A stretch of DNA of 11,238 nt from a virus. Lineage: Duplodnaviria > Heunggongvirae > Uroviricota > Caudoviricetes. The translations under genes and the position numbers were made by a program. Shown here in pieces: positions 1 through 6,800 of this stretch. The notes beneath the pieces are model-generated. The model did not search any database. It was given only the letters and a program-made list of their open reading frames with translations, and had not been told where the DNA came from. Numbering within the stretch: the stretch's first letter is position 1; each line of letters begins with the position of its first letter. Location of the stretch: positions 1 through 11,238 of IMG/VR virus record IMGVR_UViG_3300005613_000041; one strand, 5' to 3'.

Positions 1-2
1 CT

Positions 3-89
3 GGGTTCGCGGGCTGGGACCACGCTCCGTCGTTCTCGGAAGACCAAATCGGGGTGCGCGGTGTCGGGAATCACCTCGTCAGTGTTTAG
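3..89 (+). CDS. 3' end (5'-truncated by window) of a putative Mtd-like C-type-lectin-fold receptor-binding protein; resembles a DGR variable repeat (VR)
   Basis: Frame +3 reads GFAGWDHAPSFSEDQIGVRGVGNHLVSV*, with TAG at 87-89. It matches the W-x3-P-S-x-S-x4-G-x-R-G-V-x2-H-L-x3-stop pattern of the Bordetella phage BPP-1 Mtd C-terminus as I recall it. Variable-type positions carry NNC codons (GGC, GAC, CAC, TTC). Too short for the ORF track. Confidence 0.6.
   Translation, partial: GFAGWDHAPSFSEDQIGVRGVGNHLVSV
50..68 (+). other. G/C-rich element at the VR 3' end (candidate IMH-associated G/C element)
   Basis: CGGGGTGCGCGGTGTCGGG encodes the GVRGVG motif. Position and composition parallel the G/C tract at the 3' end of BPP-1-type VRs. 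Assignment is inference. Confidence 0.35.
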
Positions 90-99
90 CAACATGCGA

Positions 100-124
100 C
101 CATCTGCGATATACGCAAGAGTGG
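100..124. other. Imperfect inverted repeat just downstream of the Mtd-like stop codon (candidate DGR target-recognition hairpin)
   Basis: CCATCTGCG-ATATA-CGCAAGAGTGG: perfect TGCG/CGCA core (105-108/114-117), extendable to 9 bp with two single-base bulges. Starts 11 nt after the TAG. No U-tract, so not a typical intrinsic terminator. Confidence 0.3.
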
Positions 125-153
125 CCACACAACCAAATTAACCATTATGACTT

Positions 154-393
154 ATGATATTGAACATTAACTCGCGGGAAGATCTTGACGCCCTGAAGGG
201 CACGCAGTCTTACGCCGACTTTATCAACTACCTCAAGGGCAGTATGACACGCAAGATCAATGTCGCCGAATACCCGGATAACTACAATCGCGAGGGGTAC
301 GATGGCCCAGAGATTGAGCCGGTCTGGGAGGAAGTAGAGGATATGACTGTCATTGAGCGTTTTGGCTTCTCGAAAGAGGAGACGCTCGACTGA
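154..393 (+). CDS. Small acidic phage hypothetical protein (79 aa), possibly tail-fibre associated
   Basis: Clean ORF with consistent GC-rich codon usage. The N-terminal INSREDLDALKGT and C-terminal IERFGFS resemble, from memory, small proteins encoded next to phage tail-fibre genes. Function not established. Confidence 0.8.
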   Translation: MILNINSREDLDALKGTQSYADFINYLKGSMTRKINVAEYPDNYNREGYDGPEIEPVWEEVEDMTVIERFGFSKEETLD

Positions 394-449
394 TGCACAG
401 GCTTGCAGCGATAAGGACTGTATCAGTGTCAAATTAAAAAGATAATCTA

Positions 450-758
450 ATGAATATACAACAATTAAGATACATAAATAATTCTTCAGCTAAAAGATTA
501 GTTGAATTAGAACAAATATATGGTTATATTAATATACATGAAACTAAAAATATGTTATTAATAAGTATAGCTAAAGATGTTTTAGATGAATCAGGATGGT
601 ATGAACTAAATCCTACAACTTATAATGAAGTATTAGAATTTGTTAGTTCTTTATTTAGAGAAAGTAAAGTTAGTTTAGTGGAAGTACCAACAGATGAAAT
701 TTATAGTAGTTTTAATGATCCTCAAACATCCTATACTTATGATGATTTAACTATATAA
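450..758 (+). CDS. Hypothetical protein (102 aa)
   Basis: ORF with AT-rich codon usage, co-oriented with the module, ends TAA TGA. No recognisable motif. Confidence 0.75.
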   Translation: MNIQQLRYINNSSAKRLVELEQIYGYINIHETKNMLLISIAKDVLDESGWYELNPTTYNEVLEFVSSLFRESKVSLVEVPTDEIYSSFNDPQTSYTYDDLTI

Positions 759-771
759 TGACTAACTAACT

Positions 772-1497
772 ATGACCAAAGTAGAAAAAATTAAATCATT
801 AATCGAAAGTGTTTTTAATGATTTAGAATTTGAAGAAAAAGAACATAAATATAAATTAAAAAAAGGTGGTGAATTAAAGTCAGTATCAAAAAGTATTGAA
901 TCATACAAAAGAAAATTTGATCAAGATAATATATCTAAAGCTTATGCTAAAAAACATAAGAGAAGAGTTAGTGATGTACTAGCTGAATGGCAAGAAGAAA
1001 ATGATAAATCAATTAAATTAGGTAATAGAGTCCATAAATATGCCGAAGATTATTTTCATAACAGAAACAAAGAGCCAGAGGATTTTTATGAAGAAAATGT
1101 AATTAAATTTTTTAATAGTTTACCAGATCATATGATTCCTATTTGTTCTGAAGTAAGAATATATGATAAAAGTCTTGGATTTGCTGGAACAGTAGATCTA
1201 TTGATATATGATACAGAAAAAGATGGTATTATAGTTGGTGATTATAAAACTAATAAAAATATCTATAAGAATTTTGCTGGTCAAAAAATGGAATCACCAT
1301 TTAATTATCTTTTAGATTCACCATTTAATGGGTATCAATTGCAACTTAGTATGTATCAAATTCCTTTAGAAAATATTGGTTTAAAAGTTATTGAGAGAAA
1401 TGTTATTTGGTTCAAACCTGATACTACTTATGAAGTTATTCCAACAGATGATTATACTTCTCACCTTAGATATTATACAATGATAAAAACAACATAA
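772..1497 (+). CDS. PD-(D/E)XK superfamily nuclease (RecB/lambda-exonuclease-like)
   Basis: Motifs in canonical order: SVS, LGNRVH, SEVRI, GFAGTVDLL, GDYKT, QLQLSMY. Only one Cys, so no Fe-S cluster. Confidence 0.88.
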   Translation: MTKVEKIKSLIESVFNDLEFEEKEHKYKLKKGGELKSVSKSIESYKRKFDQDNISKAYAKKHKRRVSDVLAEWQEENDKSIKLGNRVHKYAEDYFHNRNKEPEDFYEENVIKFFNSLPDHMIPICSEVRIYDKSLGFAGTVDLLIYDTEKDGIIVGDYKTNKNIYKNFAGQKMESPFNYLLDSPFNGYQLQLSMYQIPLENIGLKVIERNVIWFKPDTTYEVIPTDDYTSHLRYYTMIKTT

Positions 1498-1498
1498 T

Positions 1499-1906
1499 AT
1501 GTGTGAGACCCTCAATAAAATAGAACAGATATGTACTGATGATAACCCCCATAGCAAAGGAGTTAAACTTCTTGCTTCATTAGTAGATGATAGAATAAAG
1601 ATAATTCATAACAATGATAAAAAGATAACTGAGTTATTAGAAAATCTACTTACTAGATTCGATAATTTAGATAGACATCAGCAAGAATTACAGAAAGAAA
1701 TAAATCGTAATTTCGTAGAAAGATCAGAATGTCCTGTTTGGCAAAAAAAGGATGATGTAATATTCTATACAACATTTAGAAAAAGACATCCATTTATATT
1801 TTTTTCTTCTGTTGTTGGAATGATAACTTCTAGTTTATTTTTATTAAAAGATAATATAATTGATAACTTAAATCAAATAAAAAAATTAATATTTAATTTA
1901 TTCTAA
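1499..1906 (+). CDS. Small coiled-coil protein with a C-terminal transmembrane helix (holin-like or membrane-anchored; function uncertain)
   Basis: Heptad-like segment LLENLLTRFDNLDRHQQELQKEI, basic RKRH, then hydrophobic PFIFFSSVVGMITSSLFLL (aa 98-116, nt 1790-1846). Confidence 0.7.
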   Translation: MCETLNKIEQICTDDNPHSKGVKLLASLVDDRIKIIHNNDKKITELLENLLTRFDNLDRHQQELQKEINRNFVERSECPVWQKKDDVIFYTTFRKRHPFIFFSSVVGMITSSLFLLKDNIIDNLNQIKKLIFNLF

Positions 1907-2526
1907 TGAAAATTTCAGAGTTAATTTATAGAATAAAATCATTATTTCCAGAAAAAGATTCATCACAATCAGGAAAAATATATGATAATAGACTTATTTA
2001 TAATAAGCTAACCTCAGTAAGAAATAGATTGATAACACAACAATATACCAATCATAGTTTTGTTGGTCAATGGAGTTATCAATCATTTTTAATTGAATTA
2101 GAATTAGTAGATAATCCATTTGATGATTCGTCTTATAAAAAGAAGATGTTAAGATCTGTAAATAAAATACCTAAAATATTAAGTACGATTGATAAACATC
2201 TTATACAATCATGTACTAATGTTGATGGTACGATTAGATTTTTTATTACTTCATGGAAAAATATGAATTATATAAAATCAAATAAATACTTGAAAGATAA
2301 AATACATTACTTAATTTTTAATGACTATTTGTACATAATTAATAGTAGTATTCTACAAAAAGTATTATTAACAGCCGTATTTGTTGATCCAATATCTATT
2401 TATACTAGTTCTACTGATTATATGGAAGAAGAATTTCCTATTGATGACGGAAATATTGACAGTTTAATATCTTTAACGTTACAAGAACTAATACCGAATT
2501 TAAAGAATGACAAAGGGAACGACTAG
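1906..2526 (+). CDS. crAss-like tail ring protein (206 aa)
   Basis: N-terminus MKISELIYRI...DSS...DNRLIYNKLTSVRNRLITQQY and C-terminal AVFVDP...EEEFPIDD...LTLQEL resemble crAss-like ring proteins. Sits upstream of the IHF-like and tail tubular genes, with a TAATG overlap to the previous gene. Confidence 0.7.
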   Translation: MKISELIYRIKSLFPEKDSSQSGKIYDNRLIYNKLTSVRNRLITQQYTNHSFVGQWSYQSFLIELELVDNPFDDSSYKKKMLRSVNKIPKILSTIDKHLIQSCTNVDGTIRFFITSWKNMNYIKSNKYLKDKIHYLIFNDYLYIINSSILQKVLLTAVFVDPISIYTSSTDYMEEEFPIDDGNIDSLISLTLQELIPNLKNDKGND

Positions 2527-2974
2527 TAGTTATAGATTATATAGAAGGAATGCTCTAGAAGAAAGAGTAGATATTACACAATATAGAGATATAACAAACA
2601 AATATCTGCTTTATTTAGTAAATAAATTAAAAGAAAATGGACAAGTTAAGCTTCCATTAGAATTAGGTACAATAGTATTTGAAGGAAAAAAGATTAAAAT
2701 AAAATTTAATGAAGATGGAGAAGTAACTAATCTCCCTGTAGATTGGAAATTAACTAAAGAATTCTGGAATGAATTTCCAGAGAAAAAAAATAAAGAATAC
2801 ATTTATTATGATAATGATCACACTAACGGAGTAAGATATAAATTTAAGTGGAAACATTTGGGTAATAAATTAAAATTTAAAAGATTTTATACTTTTGTAT
2901 CTTGTAGAGCATTAAAAAGAGATTTTGCTAAGCTTATAAAAGAAGAAAAAAAGGAATATATGGTTCATGAATAA
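2507..2974 (+). CDS. crAss-like IHF/HU-family DNA-binding protein
   Basis: Basic 155-aa protein. GQVKLPLELGTI matches the IHF/HU beta-strand motif, followed by the crAss-type extension PVDWKLTKEFW...NDHTNGVRYKFKW...RALKR. Conserved position just upstream of the tail tubular gene. Confidence 0.75.
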   Translation: MTKGTTSSYRLYRRNALEERVDITQYRDITNKYLLYLVNKLKENGQVKLPLELGTIVFEGKKIKIKFNEDGEVTNLPVDWKLTKEFWNEFPEKKNKEYIYYDNDHTNGVRYKFKWKHLGNKLKFKRFYTFVSCRALKRDFAKLIKEEKKEYMVHE

Positions 2975-3809
2975 TAATTATGTAAGTATAGATAATGTTT
3001 TAGCTAAAATAAATGATGATTATGCTTTTGAAATTGACGAAGGTATTCTTATTAAATGGATAGCAGAGGCATTAGGATTTCTTAATGTTAATATGTTAGG
3101 TATGGAAGAAAGAATAGCTGTTGTTGATGTTAGTAATTATCAATGTAGATTGCCTAGATTTTGTAAATCTATTATTCAAATAGTGAAGAATAATAATAGT
3201 GAGAGTATTAATAGCGATTCTATTGTAAGTAGTACTGGAACAATTACAACATATGATGATGATGATAGGATAGTTGACTTAGAAGAATTTAATATTATTA
3301 ACATCCCTTATTTAGAGTTTAACTATAGTTATTATGGTTTCAATAAGATGACTAAAAATAATTTTACATCAGTTAAGTTAGCTAATAATAACTTATTTAA
3401 AATAAGTGTTTGTGATATAGATCCAATTTATGTAACAGATGGTGCTGAATATACTATTGTCGGAGAAGATACATTAAGATTTAGTTTTGAAAGTGCTCAA
3501 GTTGTAATTATTTTTTTACAACAAAGATTAGATGAAAATGGTTATCCACTAATCCCAGATGATACTTACGTAATTGATGCTATCAGTAAATATATACTAT
3601 ATAAGATGTCTATAAGAGAATATGTTCAACACAGACAAGGATCAGTTGATAGAAAAAGAGAAATCGAAGATGATTGGTTAAGAGCTAAGAATACAGTTAC
3701 TTCAATGTACATGGTTCCTAGATCTTTAGAAGAATATAACAATCTGTTGAAAAGTACTAATAAATTATTACCACGTACAGACAGACATGAAAACTTTTAT
3801 AAAGAATGA
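2967..3809 (+). CDS. Tail tubular / ring protein (crAss-like Ttub, P22 gp4-like)
   Basis: 280 aa: YVSIDNVLAKI...WIAEALGFL...VDVSNYQCRLP and C-terminal DENGYPLIPDD...AISKYI. Lies directly upstream of the muzzle gene with a 4-nt ATGA overlap. Confidence 0.75.
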   Translation: MNNNYVSIDNVLAKINDDYAFEIDEGILIKWIAEALGFLNVNMLGMEERIAVVDVSNYQCRLPRFCKSIIQIVKNNNSESINSDSIVSSTGTITTYDDDDRIVDLEEFNIINIPYLEFNYSYYGFNKMTKNNFTSVKLANNNLFKISVCDIDPIYVTDGAEYTIVGEDTLRFSFESAQVVIIFLQQRLDENGYPLIPDDTYVIDAISKYILYKMSIREYVQHRQGSVDRKREIEDDWLRAKNTVTSMYMVPRSLEEYNNLLKSTNKLLPRTDRHENFYKE

Positions 3810-6800
3810 AAGATAAAAATATACAAACACCTATCAAAGGACTGAATACTGATAGTTCACCTATTAATCAACCAGAAGGTACTTATAGATACGCTTTAAA
3901 TAGTATCAATAGTAGTAAAGATGGTAAAATTGGTATGTTATCTAAAGAGTCAGGTAATGTTCCTGTAGCTCAATTATCAGATGGATATATACCGATAGGT
4001 CATATTTACATTACTGATAATTCTATTGTTATATTTTCAGTAAATGATTCTGAAAATAGAAGTGAAATTGGAATTTTTGATAAAAATAGTGATTACACAC
4101 TTATTGTTAACAGTGGTGAATTAAATTTTAACATAAGACATCAAATAGAAGGTGAATATAGATTAAGAAATGGTGAAAGAATTGTTTATTGGGTAGATGG
4201 ATTAAATAATGCTAGAGTTTTTAATTTAGATAAACCTTCAACCTACTGGTCAACTGCTTTTACTAACTGGTTAGAAAATGGTAATCCCGAATCTTCATTT
4301 GATGGTGAAAAATGGAATATAGCCAAATTTGAACTTGTAAAGATTTATGAGAAAATACCAACATTTGAAAATATTGAAATTCTTTATGGTGGATATATAA
4401 AACCTGGTTCATATAGTTTTGCCATTCAGTATTTAGATGAAGACTTAAATCCAAGTAATTGGAACAATACTTCTAATCCTGTTAATATTTATTCTGATAA
4501 TTTAAAGGATGAATATCATACTATAAGAGGTTCGAGAAATATTGATAGTGCTGTAATGACTTATGGTGTGTCTAATAAATCAATAAAACTTACTGTTGGT
4601 AATTTAGATGCTAATTATCAGTATTACAGAATAGCTATCATCCAAGCTAATGAGATGAAAGGGTTAGCTACTAAGGCATACGTATCAGAAATCAAATCTA
4701 TTAATGATCCTGTATATGTATATAATGGATATGATGAAGTATTAACTGAAACACCTTTGGAAGATATATTAGTTGAAAAAGAATTAATTCTTGCTGCTTC
4801 ACATATTGAACAGCTAGAAAATAGATTACTTCTCTCAAAAGGTAAAGTTGATGATGTAAATTGGTGTTCTTTTCAAAGATATGCTTCTAAAATTAACTCT
4901 CATCTATCTCTTAAAAGAGTTTATCTTAATACTATCAATGATAGTTCTAATCCTAAAAATCCCATATCTACTTTTGATAGTGTAGGTTATATGCCGGGAG
5001 ATGTTTATTCTTTTGGTATTATTTATCTTATGAAAAATGGTACACTTTCTCCAGTATTTCATATTCCTGGAAGAAACAAAAATTACATTAGAAAAAACAA
5101 TAATGGTTTGGATGATAATATGGATTATTACGAAACTACATACAGTAGTTATCCTGAAATCCATAAATGTCCTAGTAATAAAGATTATTGGGGTCAAGAT
5201 GCTTATGGTGAACAATTAGTTAATAAACCTATTAGACATCATAAATTTCCATCACGAGGTTCTAGAAATATACCAGTTTTTGATACATCTGATGAAGCTG
5301 TAGAGATAAAAAAATATACTCTAAAAGTTAAAATTGCTCTTAAAGATGGAGAAACATATCCATTAAATGTTCTTACTGGTGAACCACTAATCGTTGATTA
5401 CAAATGTTTATATAAGCTTTCAGATAATGAATCTACTAACGAATATTCAGATACTCTAAATGAGTTATTAACCTATAAAAATGCAGAAATAACATTATAC
5501 TCAGGTGATAATACAATTGAAAAAATCAATGGTAATAATGGTATAATGTATGGTGAAATAACAGAACATACTGATAAATTTGAATGGAAATTTTCAGTTG
5601 AAGAAGAAATTGTAGAAACTCTAGATCCGGCATATTATACTGATATAATGGGAATCAGATTTGATACTATTGAAAAACCACATGAAGATGTTGTAGGATA
5701 CTATATTGTTAGACAAAAGAAACAAGATAGTGATAGACTTATTTTAGACAATGCTATTTTTGGATTAATAGATAATAGAAATGTTTCTGGTATTGGTAAT
5801 TATAAAGTATTCAATAAATGGATTACAACTAATAGTGTTTCAAGCAGTGGAACAACTGTTGATAATCAACATCTATACTTCTTTTCACCTATTCATCAAT
5901 TTAATAATGAAAACTTAGTGTTTGATGATATTGAAATTAATGGATACTATGACTTATCTAATAAGATGACTTCTTTTAATGGAGGAATCCCTCCAAGTGA
6001 TTCTGATTATGATAGAAGAAAATATAGTGTTGTTGTAGAAGATGTCATGGAAGGAACAACTTTTAATCCTAGTATTCATGAAGATAATGATACAGATGGA
6101 TTTAGTCTTCTTATTGGATATAGAAATTGTAATGGTGATTATAAAAATATTACTTCTGAATATTCATTCTTACAAACAACCGAAAATGAATCAGCCATAG
6201 ATGATATTATTTATCTTAATGCTGCTAGCAATAAGAAATATTCTGATAGAATAATATATAATGCTTCTATGGATAACAAAATTGGCATTATCAAGTTTAA
6301 AAAGCCTTTGTTTTCAAGTTCAGCTGAGAAAGTAAGACTATTTGGTGATACACATCAAGCTAGAGTACTTTATGGATCATTAAAAAGAACAAACACAAGT
6401 GCTTATAGTAATTTTATGGATAGAAACTACTATAAAGAACATAATAATGTTATACTATTCAAGAATAGTGGAATGGGTAATTCTGTCAGTTTGTTTAATG
6501 GTGATGCTTATGTATCTCCTATGAATCTTGTATCAATGACATATTATGATATGTTGTTTGCTTCTAGAAAGCTAAAAGAAAAAGAAAAAAAATCTGGTGG
6601 CATTCTAGGAACAGTACTTACTGTAGTAGGTGTAGCAGCTACAATATTTACAGCAGGAGCGGCAGCTGGTGTATTTGGTGCAGGATTAGCAGCTACATTT
6701 GGTAGTGCTACAACATTAACAGGAGCTTTAGCATTAAGTAGTTCAGCTATCAGTGCTGGTATATCTATGAATAAGTCTGGTATTAATGTAGAATCAGCTG

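Larger units (their letters stand above)
1..430. other. GC-rich, compositionally foreign segment abutting the AT-rich phage module
   Basis: Hand count 221 G+C in bases 1-420 (53%), against 24/120 (20%) in 421-540. The 79-aa ORF uses GC-ending codons (GCC, CTG, AAG, GGC, ACG, TAC), unlike all downstream genes. Confidence 0.9.

Noticed and set aside
145-432. 95-aa minus-strand ORF
   Set aside because: Antisense shadow of the 79-aa + strand gene, which has coherent codon usage and fits operon orientation.
761-772. (ACTA)3 microrepeat before the nuclease start, and similarly TTATGA-C-TTATGA at 145-157
   Set aside because: Too short to distinguish from chance in AT-rich spacers.
772-1497. Cas4 / CRISPR association of the nuclease
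   Set aside because: Only one cysteine, so no four-Cys Fe-S motif. No repeat-spacer array or other cas genes in the window.
1799-1805. T7 run as an intrinsic terminator
   Set aside because: It lies within Ile/Phe codons of the TM helix and has no preceding GC-rich stem.
2507-3809. Stop-codon reassignment (TAG=Gln or TGA=Trp), known in some crAss-like phages
   Set aside because: All genes, including 5.3 kb of muzzle, are open under the standard code. TAG (2524-2526) and TGA (3807-3809) end genes exactly where the next gene overlaps.
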